Of a stretch of DNA of 64,000 bases, positions 1 to 9,828 are shown in pieces. The translations under genes were made by a program, and so were the position numbers. Where the stretch lies: NCBI GenBank assembly GCA_016744535.1, contig JADGEE010000003.1:4328-68327 (forward strand), in the 5' to 3' direction. Source of the stretch: Campylobacteraceae bacterium (GTDB lineage Bacteria > Campylobacterota > Campylobacteria > Campylobacterales > BB28). The stretch's first letter is position 1, and every line of letters starts with the position of its first letter. The notes under the pieces were generated by a model. The model was not told where the DNA came from, made no database searches, and saw nothing but the letters and a program-made list of their open reading frames with translations.

Positions 1-456
1 AGTTATGAAAAAAGAAAAAAATTTTTACTTAATTTTGAACTTCAGAATGAAAAAACCCTAAAGTGGAATAGTGAGTATAGTATTAATATTCAAAAAATGG
101 ATAATCATCATAAAAAACTCTTTGAAGCGATAAATATTCTATTTAAAACTATCAATTTTGAAAATGAGATATTTGCCCAAAAAGATGCACTAAATTACTT
201 AATAAATTACCTTAAGTTTCATTTTAATATTGAAGAATCACTACTTACGATGTACAATTATTCAAAATATGAACTACACAGCAAAAATAATGATTTTTTT
301 TTAAAAGAGTTATTAAAAAAACAGAAAGATTTTGAAGATAAAAAAATCAAACTAAATGATGAATTTATAATTTTTATTATGAATTGGATTAATGAACATA
401 TATTAATAGATAGTAAAAAATATGGAGAATTTCTAAATAAAAAAGGTGTTTTTTAA
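1..456 (+). CDS. C-terminal hemerythrin-like domain of a larger protein (5' end outside window)
   Basis: The frame is open from nt 1, with no stop upstream of the listed ATG at 97. The translation ...KWNSEYSINIQKMDNHHKKLF / HFNIEE / NWINEHILIDSKKY fits the bacteriohemerythrin His/Glu/Asp four-helix pattern. This domain is usually C-terminal in signalling proteins. Confidence 0.7.
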   Translation, partial: SYEKRKKFLLNFELQNEKTLKWNSEYSINIQKMDNHHKKLFEAINILFKTINFENEIFAQKDALNYLINYLKFHFNIEESLLTMYNYSKYELHSKNNDFFLKELLKKQKDFEDKKIKLNDEFIIFIMNWINEHILIDSKKYGEFLNKKGVF

Positions 457-2165
457 AGATATTTTATAAGTGTAACTTCATTACCTTTAAAATTATAAAA
501 GACTCCATCACTTAAATTCTCACTCATTAAAATTCCTCTTCCATTATATTTTAGTGCTTTTTTGAAATTTAAATATTTAAATATTTCAGCTACATTAAAC
601 CCATCTCCCTCATCTACTATTCTAATTTGTAAACACTCTCTAGGAGTTGCTTTATGTTTGAGCACTTTTATCTCTATATTTTTATTTAAATTTTCTGGAA
701 TTTGACTATGGCTTTTTAAAAACTCATCATAACTATCTTTTTGTAATAATTTATCTTTTAATTCAAAATCAATTCCTAAATTACCGTGTTCGTAAGCATT
801 CATTACCAATTCATATAGTGCAAATGCTAAATTTTCTGCAATCATTAAATCTATCTCTAAATAATCAAAATACCCTCTTACATCTTGTAATATATTATCA
901 ATCTCTAAAGTTGAATTTTTACACTTAAAGACTCTTATATGAGTTAATTGAATAGGTAAAATATTTAAAAAAATAAAAGTTACATCATCTTCATATTTAT
1001 CTATTTTACTTTTTATTATACGAAGTAACTCTTTTTTTGATGAGCTGACTAAAAAATCTTTCTCCAAATCTTTTTCATATAGATAATTTTCTTTTGTTAA
1101 AGATTCATTTAAGCCATCACTATAAATTAAAATTTTTTTTAAATTATATACACTATACTCATCAATATTTTGAGATAGTAAAAAACTCATAATAGGAGTA
1201 TTATTAGGTTTTATTATTTCAACTTTTTCATCTAATGTGTGTATTAAAATAGGGGGCATTCCAAAATTTGCAATATAAAATTTAGAATTTTTATTATCAT
1301 AAAGCATAAAAAGAATAGCTACTAATTCATCATCTAATAGATGTCTTTTAATATAATTTTGATAATCACTTATAACTCTCTTAAAATTAAAATCACTATT
1401 CTCAAGAGACTTTTTTACAGAGTAATTAATAAATGAGATTGATTGAATTGATGTAACTGAAGCTGAAAGACCTTTACCCATAGCATCAACTAAACAAAAG
1501 AAACTAATTCCATCCCCAATATGAATTGACGCATAACTATCCCCACTTAAAATATCAAGAGGTTGAAAAAATGTCTCTATACATAAACTTTTAATTTTAA
1601 TATTGCACAAATCATCATTTATTATCTTTAACTGTTTATCAAAAGCATTTTGTTGTTGAACTGAGTGGTATCTCTCCTCATATTTTAAAAGTGCTATCTC
1701 TTTCGTTGTAGCTTCAATTAATGCCTCTTGAGTTTTTCTTAGCTCCGTTCTATCTCTAGCAACTCCAACAATTCCAAAAATCTCACCATTTTTTCTTTTT
1801 AAAGGAGAGTTACTTATTTCTAAATAGATATTTTCCCCATCATATCGTTTTAACCATTGACTATGGGTGTAAGTTTTATTATTTGTTAAAACTTTTTCAT
1901 CAAGTTTTGTTAATTTATCTGCATATATTAATTCAAATAGGTCAAAATTATCACTACCTATTACAAAATTTTTTGAAACTCCAAGAAAATTTGAAAAAGC
2001 CTTATTACAACCGATATATGTTAAATTATCTATACTTTTATAAAAGATTAAATCATCAGTTGCATTTATAACACTATTTAATAACTCTTGATTTACTTCT
2101 AATTGTGAATTTTTTTCTTTTAAAAAAAAGTTAAGTGAGGTAAGATTTTTTATAGATTCTTTCAA
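453..2165 (-). CDS. PAS - SpoIIE/PP2C phosphatase - RsbW-like HATPase (serine kinase) fusion protein
   Basis: The N-terminus is PAS-like (NATDDLIFYKS...GIVGVARDRTEL). The centre carries PP2C motifs (GDSYASIHIGD, FCLVDAMGKGLSASV, YSDGLNE, DDVTFIFL). The C-terminus carries ATPase motifs (ELVMNAYEHGN, RIVDEGDGFN, GRGILM). Confidence 0.8.
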   Translation of the reverse strand: MKESIKNLTSLNFFLKEKNSQLEVNQELLNSVINATDDLIFYKSIDNLTYIGCNKAFSNFLGVSKNFVIGSDNFDLFELIYADKLTKLDEKVLTNNKTYTHSQWLKRYDGENIYLEISNSPLKRKNGEIFGIVGVARDRTELRKTQEALIEATTKEIALLKYEERYHSVQQQNAFDKQLKIINDDLCNIKIKSLCIETFFQPLDILSGDSYASIHIGDGISFFCLVDAMGKGLSASVTSIQSISFINYSVKKSLENSDFNFKRVISDYQNYIKRHLLDDELVAILFMLYDNKNSKFYIANFGMPPILIHTLDEKVEIIKPNNTPIMSFLLSQNIDEYSVYNLKKILIYSDGLNESLTKENYLYEKDLEKDFLVSSSKKELLRIIKSKIDKYEDDVTFIFLNILPIQLTHIRVFKCKNSTLEIDNILQDVRGYFDYLEIDLMIAENLAFALYELVMNAYEHGNLGIDFELKDKLLQKDSYDEFLKSHSQIPENLNKNIEIKVLKHKATPRECLQIRIVDEGDGFNVAEIFKYLNFKKALKYNGRGILMSENLSDGVFYNFKGNEVTLIKYL

Positions 2166-2201
2166 TTTAAGTCCTAGATAAGAGTAAAAGAGAAAATTAA
2201 A

Positions 2202-3155
2202 TTATACTCCTGCTTCTTCTCTTCTTTGTAAATAATCCCATTTCTCATCTACATCTTTTTGCCATTGTTCAATTATATGCTCATTCCCTTTTTTAAACAA
2301 GTGTTTAAATCTACCTTGAGCACCAAGATAATCTCTAATAGGAATAATTTTCTTTGGTCTATATGTAATTGTTAATTTATTTCCATTTTCAATTTGATAT
2401 AGTGGAAAAGCTAACGAATCAGTAGCTAAATCACTCATTGAAATTGTTTTATCAATTGGAAACTTCCACTCTGTTGTACAAGCACTCATCGCATTAATAT
2501 AGACAGGACCCTCTGTATTAAATCCTTGTTGTACTTTTTTAACCATATCCTTCCAATGGTTTGGTGCAACTTGTGCAACAAAAGGTGCTCCGTGGGCTGC
2601 CATAATAGATAACATATCTTTTTTCATCATCTTTTCACCATAGCTTACTCTTCCAGCAGGTGAAGTTGTAGTTGATGCCCCGATTGGAGTTGAACTACTT
2701 CTCTGTCCGCCAGTATTTGCATAAACTTCGTTGTCAAGACAAACATACATCATATCGTGACCTCTTTCGAAACAACCACTAATCCATTGAAAACCTATAT
2801 CATAAGTAGCACCATCACCACCAAATGCTAAAAATTTTGGGTCTCTCCCTCCATCATTTGGAAGTCTATTTTTCTTTTTAAGAACTTTATACATAGCTTC
2901 TGCACCTGCTATTGCAGTTGAGCTATTTTCAAATCCAATGTGAATCCAAGAATTATCCCAAGCAGTATATGGATATTTAGCTGTACAAACTTCAAGACAT
3001 CCAGTTGACGCACTTATTACTAAATCACTCTCTGTTGCATTTAAAATTTCTCTTACAATAATTGAGTGAGCACAACCAGGGCATAAATCATTTGCACCCT
3101 CAAATCTCTCTGCTGAAGTTGAAAATTGTTTTAAATTTTTAATCTGTTTTGTCAT
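2202..3155 (-). CDS. porB: pyruvate:ferredoxin oxidoreductase beta (TPP-binding) subunit
   Basis: 317 aa with CPGCAHS and GGDGATYDIGF thiamine-PP motifs. It is the last gene of a gamma-delta-alpha-beta array. Confidence 0.9.
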   Translation of the reverse strand: MTKQIKNLKQFSTSAERFEGANDLCPGCAHSIIVREILNATESDLVISASTGCLEVCTAKYPYTAWDNSWIHIGFENSSTAIAGAEAMYKVLKKKNRLPNDGGRDPKFLAFGGDGATYDIGFQWISGCFERGHDMMYVCLDNEVYANTGGQRSSSTPIGASTTTSPAGRVSYGEKMMKKDMLSIMAAHGAPFVAQVAPNHWKDMVKKVQQGFNTEGPVYINAMSACTTEWKFPIDKTISMSDLATDSLAFPLYQIENGNKLTITYRPKKIIPIRDYLGAQGRFKHLFKKGNEHIIEQWQKDVDEKWDYLQRREEAGV

Positions 3156-3168
3156 AATCTAACCTTTC

Positions 3169-4386
3169 CTAGAAAAAAGAGAGTTTCGGGCCTCTAAGAC
3201 CTATAAACTGTTGAAGTGGATATTTAATTTCTCCAGCTTTTACACACTCGTTTAACTCGTTATATACTGTATTTATATCTTCTACTTTCATATCTCTTCC
3301 ACCTAAACCATAAATATAATTTAATATCATTGGTCTCTTTTGTGAGTGATACAATGCACCAGAAATTTCATTATAAAGCATTCCAAAAGCACCATTTGGT
3401 GAACTTCTATCAAGACAAGCTACTACTTTAACTGAACTTAATGCTTCTACAATTTCGGCATAAGGAAATGGTCTTAAAACTCTAAGTGCCACAACCCCAG
3501 CTTTAATGCCATTTTTTCTCATCTCTTTTGCACTAAGTCTAGCACTCTCAACTGTACTACCAAGTGCTACAATTGCAACATCAGCATCCTCAATATCATA
3601 TTTCTCAACTATATTATATTCTCTTCCTGTTGCCTCTTTAAATTCAGCAAAAGTCCTCTCTACAACTGACATAGAAGCCATTAGAGCATTATGTTGATTT
3701 GCTTTATGCTCAAAGTGCCAATCTTCTTCAGTTTGAATACCATAAGTTACAGGCTTTTTGAAATCAAGCATAGAGTTTACAGCTTTAAATTCACCAATAA
3801 AGTTATAAGCATCATCATCATTTAAAGGTTTAACATTTTGTGCTGTATGTGAAGTAATAAATCCATCTTGGTGAACCATTACAGGAAGTCTTACATCTAA
3901 ATCTTCTCCAACTTTAAATCCCATTAGAGTTAAATCATAAGCCTCTTGAGGATTGAATGAACATAAGTTAATCCAACCAGCATCTCTTCCTAAATACATA
4001 TCAGAGTGATCACCATTAACATTAAGTGGAGCCGCTAATGCTCTATTTACAACTGCTAATACAATTGGTAATCTCATTCCACTTGCTTGATAAAGAACTT
4101 CTACCATTAAAGCAAAACCTTGAGAACTTGTTGCAGTTGCAACTCTACCACCAGAAGCAGAAGCACCAACACAACCACTCATCGCAGCGTGTTCTGATTC
4201 AACCATAATAAACTCACCATCAATAAAGCCATCAGCCAAAAATTTAGAGTAATTTTGAACGATTGGAGTTGATGGAGTAATTGGATAAGCTGCTACTACA
4301 TCAACTTGTGCTTGTCTTAAAGCGTGGCTTGCAGCCATATTGCCATCCCAAACTTCAATAGTTTGTAAATCCATTTTTTCTGCCAT
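3169..4386 (-). CDS. porA: pyruvate:ferredoxin oxidoreductase alpha subunit
   Basis: 405 aa with N-terminal GNMAASHALRQAQVDVVAAYPITPST typical of 2-oxoacid:ferredoxin oxidoreductase alpha. Its start overlaps the porD stop by 1 nt. Confidence 0.9.
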   Translation of the reverse strand: MAEKMDLQTIEVWDGNMAASHALRQAQVDVVAAYPITPSTPIVQNYSKFLADGFIDGEFIMVESEHAAMSGCVGASASGGRVATATSSQGFALMVEVLYQASGMRLPIVLAVVNRALAAPLNVNGDHSDMYLGRDAGWINLCSFNPQEAYDLTLMGFKVGEDLDVRLPVMVHQDGFITSHTAQNVKPLNDDDAYNFIGEFKAVNSMLDFKKPVTYGIQTEEDWHFEHKANQHNALMASMSVVERTFAEFKEATGREYNIVEKYDIEDADVAIVALGSTVESARLSAKEMRKNGIKAGVVALRVLRPFPYAEIVEALSSVKVVACLDRSSPNGAFGMLYNEISGALYHSQKRPMILNYIYGLGGRDMKVEDINTVYNELNECVKAGEIKYPLQQFIGLRGPKLSFF

Positions 4387-4784
4387 TAACTATCCTTCTT
4401 TTTCTTATCTTCTTTTTCTGGCCATCCAGCTAATGCTTCTTTATCATCAACTCTCTCCATAAACATTAAAAGAGACTTTGGATTTGTTGGACAAACATCT
4501 GCACAAATTCCACAACCTTTACAGTGTTGATAATCAACTCCTACCATCTTTTTATCTCTTGAGATTATTGACATATCAGGACAGTAAATCCAGCAAAATT
4601 GACAATGAATACAGTGTTCATTATTATAAACAGGTTTATCAACTCTCCAATCAGCAACTGTATTTGTATGAGAGTTATTTTCCGAATATGGTCTGTTTTC
4701 TGGTTGGGTTTCTACAGTTTTATCAAACTCTTCTTTAAAAGAGAATACAACTCCGCCCATTTCAAAATTATTCCATCCATTCAT
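4386..4784 (-). CDS. porD: pyruvate:ferredoxin oxidoreductase delta (2x[4Fe-4S]) subunit
   Basis: 132 aa with two CxxCxxCxxxCP motifs (CIHCQFCWIYCP, CKGCGICADVCP). Confidence 0.9.
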   Translation of the reverse strand: MNGWNNFEMGGVVFSFKEEFDKTVETQPENRPYSENNSHTNTVADWRVDKPVYNNEHCIHCQFCWIYCPDMSIISRDKKMVGVDYQHCKGCGICADVCPTNPKSLLMFMERVDDKEALAGWPEKEDKKKKDS

Positions 4785-4794
4785 ACTAAATCCT

Positions 4795-5358
4795 TTATTT
4801 TACTTGGTCATATGCACGCTGGATTGCTTCCATATTTGCATCTATGATTTTTTGAGGAAATTTAATTAAAACTTTTTTCATTGCATCTTTAAAGTAATCA
4901 ATTTCAAACATACCATCAACTTTCATTAATGCTCCAAGCATAGGAGTATTTGGCATAGCTCTACCAATTGTATCTAATGAAATTTTGAAGCAATCTACTA
5001 CAAAAACATTTTCATCTTTACCTTGAAGTTTTGGAATATCTTCTATTAACTTCTCTTTGGAGAGATGAGTTGTAATAATATATTTTGTACTCTCTTTTGC
5101 ATTTGCTGTAATATCAGCTGTAAAAGCTAATCCTGGATCAATTACTAACACATAATCAGGTTTCATAAACTTTTCGTGAGTTAATATCTCATCATCATCA
5201 ACTCTATTATAAGCAGTCATAGCCGCCCCTCTTTTAGCTGAACCATAAAAGGCAAAAGCTTGAACCTCTTTGCCTGTGTGTGAAACTACATCAGCAAGAC
5301 CTTTTGCACCAGTTACGGCACCTTGTCCTGCACGAGAATGCCATCTAATCTCAAGCAT
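4795..5358 (-). CDS. porG: pyruvate:ferredoxin oxidoreductase gamma subunit
   Basis: MLEIRWHSRAGQGAVTGAKGLA is the usual gamma-subunit N-terminus. I prefer the internal ATG at 5358 over the track start at 5376. The gene order matches porCDAB of Helicobacter/Campylobacter. Confidence 0.85.
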   Translation of the reverse strand: MLEIRWHSRAGQGAVTGAKGLADVVSHTGKEVQAFAFYGSAKRGAAMTAYNRVDDDEILTHEKFMKPDYVLVIDPGLAFTADITANAKESTKYIITTHLSKEKLIEDIPKLQGKDENVFVVDCFKISLDTIGRAMPNTPMLGALMKVDGMFEIDYFKDAMKKVLIKFPQKIIDANMEAIQRAYDQVK

Positions 5359-5495
5359 AATTTCTCCTACTTTCATTTTACATTATTTGTCTGATAATTG
5401 TAGAGAAAGGCGTCTTAAATATAGCTTTTATATTTAAATATAATAGTGATAATTTACTATAAAAAGAGAAGAAAGAGTTTTACTAAATTTATATA

Positions 5496-7106
5496 TTAAT
5501 AATTAATCCAAAAGCCATAACCTCGCAAGATTTGATAAGGATTATTAACCCACTCTTTAGTTATATTATCATAAGCCCAAATGTTTGCATAATCGTTAGA
5601 ATTTAAACTTATATCAGCTCCACTTCCAACCAAATTCCAACCTCTGTTTAGGTTAGTTGAATTAAATTCATAACTATTATTTATATTATTATTTTTATCA
5701 AAATGAACATAAATATTAAAATCATAGTTAATCCACATTCCCTCATTTGGTTTTAAAATTTCAGGATTTTTAATCCAACTATTATTTTTAAATTTATAAG
5801 CTATATCTTTAGTCTTAAAAGTATTGCTAATATTTAATTCACTATTAATTGGTGAAGATATTAAAGACCAACCTTTAAAAAGATGTAAATACTTAGAGTT
5901 AGTGTTTTCAGTATATATTGCTGATAAAAAAGTTTGAGTATCACTATTTATGCTTGGCGGTAACTCATATTCAACATCTTTAATTAGCTCCTCTTGGATA
6001 CCATCTTTAATAACATTTGCACTACCTAAGCGTAATATTATTGTTCTTTTTCCATCAAAATATTGATTCTCTTCAAATTTTTGCCAATTACTACTCCCCA
6101 CTATTTCGATATTTTCACCCTCAATTACTGCTCTTTTTGATTTATCTATTATTTTGAAGTTATTACTTGTTTGAAAAATTGATTTTATACCATCATATAT
6201 ATTATTTGAGGATGTGCTTTTACTATTTTTAATAAGTCGCATCTCTCCACTATCAATTTTTTTAGGAAGTTCAAGTTTATAAGTTAAAATCTGTTTATTA
6301 TTAGTTATTTTTGCCGTAGTTATCAAATTTCCAGTAATTTCAGCACTCATTTCAACTTTTATATCTTTAACATTTGATTCCCCAATATTAGCCGAAACTT
6401 CACTAGATGAAACTACTCTACCACTATTATCTTGTCTGATTTGAGAACCCGTAGGAGTTTTTAAATCAACTTGAACTATCTTTTGAACTATAATTTTGAT
6501 ATTTCCCTCTGAATTTGCATTAACATTTACTTCTGCATTAATTTCACTATTTTCAACTTTAGAGGTAAAGCCACCATTATCATTAAGAGTTATTTTAACC
6601 TCATCTTCGGTCTCTAAAGTAGTTACTTGAGTATTTTCACTTTCATCTGTAACTTCAATAGTAGATTTAATATTTTTATTTTTATTATTCTCTTTTGGTA
6701 TCTCTATTTTTGATTGAGATTTTACACCATTATCTAAAATAAACTCTTTTGCTTGAACTGTTTGTAAACTCTCCTCATCAATAATCTCTTTTAAAATATC
6801 TTTAGAGAAACTAACTTCATATTTAGATTGTGGAGTCTCATTGCTATTTATATCATTTACATCATTAGAATCTAATGTTATTGTTGTGGGTGCTTGATAT
6901 GGCGTCGGCGTTGCTGTCGCTGTCGGTGTTACTGTTGTTGTTACTGGTACATTAAAGTGTGGAATTGATAAACTATATGGTAGAGTTGCATCAGTTGAGC
7001 TCTCACTTGGAATAAGTGTCAATTCTGTAGAACTAGGAGTTGCTAAAAGGCTAACTCCACTTAATAATAAAAATGCGGTTGTTATATTAATTTTTCTCAT
7101 CATCAA
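5496..7106 (-). CDS. secreted/surface protein with Thr/Pro linker and two C-terminal Trp-rich repeats
   Basis: It has a signal peptide (MMMRKINITTAFLLLSGVSLLA) and a TVTPTATATPTP linker. The C-terminus has KGWSLISSP...NSWIKNP...EGMWINY and RGWNLVGSG...KEWVNNP...YGFWINY. This is the same module as in the tails of the giant ORFs at 44294 and 49186. Confidence 0.7.
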   Translation of the reverse strand: MMMRKINITTAFLLLSGVSLLATPSSTELTLIPSESSTDATLPYSLSIPHFNVPVTTTVTPTATATPTPYQAPTTITLDSNDVNDINSNETPQSKYEVSFSKDILKEIIDEESLQTVQAKEFILDNGVKSQSKIEIPKENNKNKNIKSTIEVTDESENTQVTTLETEDEVKITLNDNGGFTSKVENSEINAEVNVNANSEGNIKIIVQKIVQVDLKTPTGSQIRQDNSGRVVSSSEVSANIGESNVKDIKVEMSAEITGNLITTAKITNNKQILTYKLELPKKIDSGEMRLIKNSKSTSSNNIYDGIKSIFQTSNNFKIIDKSKRAVIEGENIEIVGSSNWQKFEENQYFDGKRTIILRLGSANVIKDGIQEELIKDVEYELPPSINSDTQTFLSAIYTENTNSKYLHLFKGWSLISSPINSELNISNTFKTKDIAYKFKNNSWIKNPEILKPNEGMWINYDFNIYVHFDKNNNINNSYEFNSTNLNRGWNLVGSGADISLNSNDYANIWAYDNITKEWVNNPYQILRGYGFWINY

Positions 7107-7109
7107 TCC

Positions 7110-9748
7110 TTAATTACAAAAGTGTTTTAACCAAATTGCATCAAGTGAAGGGATAGTATCTACACTGTTCCAACTATCATCTGGTGAATTATAGTAGAAA
7201 GCTTTTGTATATCCACCAGTACAACTATCAGGCGTTATATTAGCTCTTCTTAAATCACTCCATTTTAATGGAACTTTTGTACTTACAAAATGCCATGTAT
7301 CTACCGCAAGAGATTTATAATATGCTAACTGTTCTGGTTTGCTTAATATATCATTTGTAGTGTCACTAGTTCCGCTCATCCAAACAGTATCAGATGTTGC
7401 CCCTGGACTTATCCAAAGTCCCATTTTTGGTGTTATAGTTGTTGGCTGTTTACTCCAGCTTGTACCATCAAAACTATAAACATTATTTACAGTTGATTGT
7501 ACATTATTTTTCATAGTAGCACCATTTACAGAGTAGCCGTTTTTAATAGAGACCATATTCCATTTATTTGGAGTAACTGAATAGATTTCAATATTTTCTA
7601 AATCATTTGAGCTATATCCACTACTTGCAAGTGACTTATCAATAGCTAACATAGTTAATACTTTAGGTTCAACTGAATAATTTTCATTATATAATAGTGA
7701 ATAATTTTCAACATTCATCACAAAATTATAAGCAATATCTGTTTCATAGTTATAACCATTTCCGATATGTGTCTCTAGTGTAGTAGAGCCGTGACAAGCT
7801 TCAAAATCTTCAAAAATATTTCCGCCAACTGACATAAAAAACGGATCTCTTGAAGTGTTAAAATCATTTAAACAATTACTTCCATTTCCATCTCTTGCTA
7901 TGTTTCCTGCGATAATAGAGTTTCCTATACTCACAAAAGCTTGTGCACCTTTTATTCCATCTACTGCTGTTTGTTTACTAAGATATATTCCACCTCCACC
8001 ACTTGTATTAGCTTCATTATTTATTATTTTTGAGTTGTAAATATCAATAACTGTTCTTGAATCTGAATCATCATTAACATCTGCATAGATAGCACCTCCA
8101 ATCTCTGCTCTATTTCCAACTAAAGTACTCTCAAAAATTTTTAAGTAATATTTAGCATCACTTCCATCATCATCAATCCTCACAACTCCTCCATAAGTTG
8201 CATTATTTTCCCTAAAAATAGAGTTATTTAATATTAAATGGTCATAAGCACCATAAGAGCCATCAGACATATATCCAACTCCACCACTGTCTCCTGCATA
8301 GTTCTTCACAAAAGTAGAATCATTTACAGTTATATAATTAGAACCATCATATTGGTCAAAGAAAAATACACCACCATCCTTAGTTGCATAATTCTCTTGA
8401 AAGTGAGAGTTATTTATAACTAAGTGTATATCTGAATAATCTGGTTCTAAGAAAAATACACCACCACCCTCACTTGAATCTGTATCATAATTGCCTGTGA
8501 AGTTTGAATCATTAATAATCATATTAATACCACCTCCATCTTCTTAAAGAAAAAATGCACCTCCACCACTTTCAGAGTGATTATCCGTAGCAATAACACG
8601 ATTTAAAATTATATTTACTGCACCATAATCAGAATATAAGTTTCCAATCCCTCCCTCATTAGCAGAATTTCCAGTAAAATTACAATCATTTAATATCAAA
8701 TCTGTAGCTGGTCCATCATTATCAACTTCAAATACTCCACCCTCAGAGCTTGTATTATTCTCTATAAAGCTACTATTTTCAGCTTTAAATCTCATTTTAC
8801 CATCACCATAGAGACGAAAAACTCCACCATCACTACCAGTACTATAATTTTTTATAAATTGTGTTTTATCTACATCTACAAAACAGTCTGAATCATCAGC
8901 ATAACATTTTAAGAAAGCACTATCAGAACTTGATTTATTCATATAAATATAACTATTATCAATTTTTGTAAATATACTTCCTGCGTCTGCCTGTAAATAA
9001 AATGCAGCACTACCACTAAGTACTTCGTTATTAGATATATTAGAATCTTTAATAGATACATATAAATCTCTTGCAACATCTGTATAAAAGATACTTCCAT
9101 GATCACCACTAATATTATTAGAAAATATTGAATTATCTATGTTAAGATAGTTATGCTTCCCAATATTTGAACTATCTTTAGCATAATTATACCCTCCACT
9201 TAAACCATCTAAATATATAACCCCGCCTTTATTATAATTAAGACTTTGAGTAGTATTGTTATCCATAAAGATAGAATTTGTTATATTAAGGTCAGCATCA
9301 TAAAGATATATAGCCCCACCTCTATCTGCTGAATTGTTAGAGATATTTGAATCACTAATAGTGATAACTGCGTTATATGCACTTATCGCACTACCATTTG
9401 ATTCTGTTGTATTTTGAGTTGCATTTCTAATAGAGATATTTGAAAATGTAACATTAGAATCAATTATACTAAATATATATTTAGTATAATTGATTCTAAT
9501 GTTACATCTGCTTGTGCTTGAACTATATCTGTTAAATGTGAACTACCTGCAAAAGTTAAATTTTTGCTAGTTACATTTACTTCCGTCGTTGTAATTGTCC
9601 CACTTATAGTTATTGTATCCCCACTACTTGCACTTGCTACTGCTCCGGCTAAATCATCTCCAGTAACTGTTATTGTTGCTGAATATAATAAATTTGCTGT
9701 TAGCAAACTTGAGAAAATTAAAACTTTTTTTAATGACAATCTTTTCAT
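7110..9748 (-). pseudogene. Pmp-like parallel beta-helix surface protein, disrupted (one frame break, one in-frame TAA)
   Basis: Track ORFs 9464..9802, 8544..9266 and 7110..8522 are pieces of one gene. The first piece has a signal peptide (MKRLSLKKVLIFSSLL), with AGGAG 7 nt upstream of the ATG at 9748. Repeated GG[AV][IF][FY] and N-x-x-F-x-x-N motifs run throughout. The 8544..9266 frame stays open upstream to about 9540. The stop at 8544..8546 is in frame with the ATG at 8522 (GGGAFFL*EDGGGINM). Confidence 0.7.
9446..9507. repeat. perfect 62-bp palindrome (31-bp arms, no spacer)
   Basis: Checked base by base. Positions i and 18953-i are complementary for every i from 9446 to 9476, and the match breaks at 9445/9508. 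The sequence is atgtaacattagaatcaattatactaaatat|atatttagtataattgattctaatgttacat. Confidence 0.95.
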
Positions 9749-9828
9749 ATACTTACTCCTAATTTTATTATATTTTAACATAATAACATTCATAAATAGC
9801 AATAATATAGCAAATAGTGAAATATTAA

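Noticed and set aside
1883-4847. Short plus-strand ORFs (1883..2071, 3506..3697, 4026..4208, 4478..4738, 4599..4847).
   Set aside because: All are antisense to strongly supported genes (the PP2C fusion, porA, porD). They are low-complexity with no RBS. The same reasoning applies to 7855..8040, 8238..8423, 9564..9875, 12662..12877, 13231..13434, 16238..16420, 19889..20077, 33589..33855, 34008..34211, 39691..39873, 40514..40696, 44839..45120, 51320..51553, 58757..59238 and 63495..63878.
2202-5376. Whether the four-gene oxidoreductase is 2-oxoglutarate:ferredoxin oxidoreductase (oorDABC).
   Set aside because: The gene order (gamma-delta-alpha-beta) and subunit sizes (193/132/405/317 aa) match porCDAB rather than oorDABC (delta-alpha-beta-gamma).
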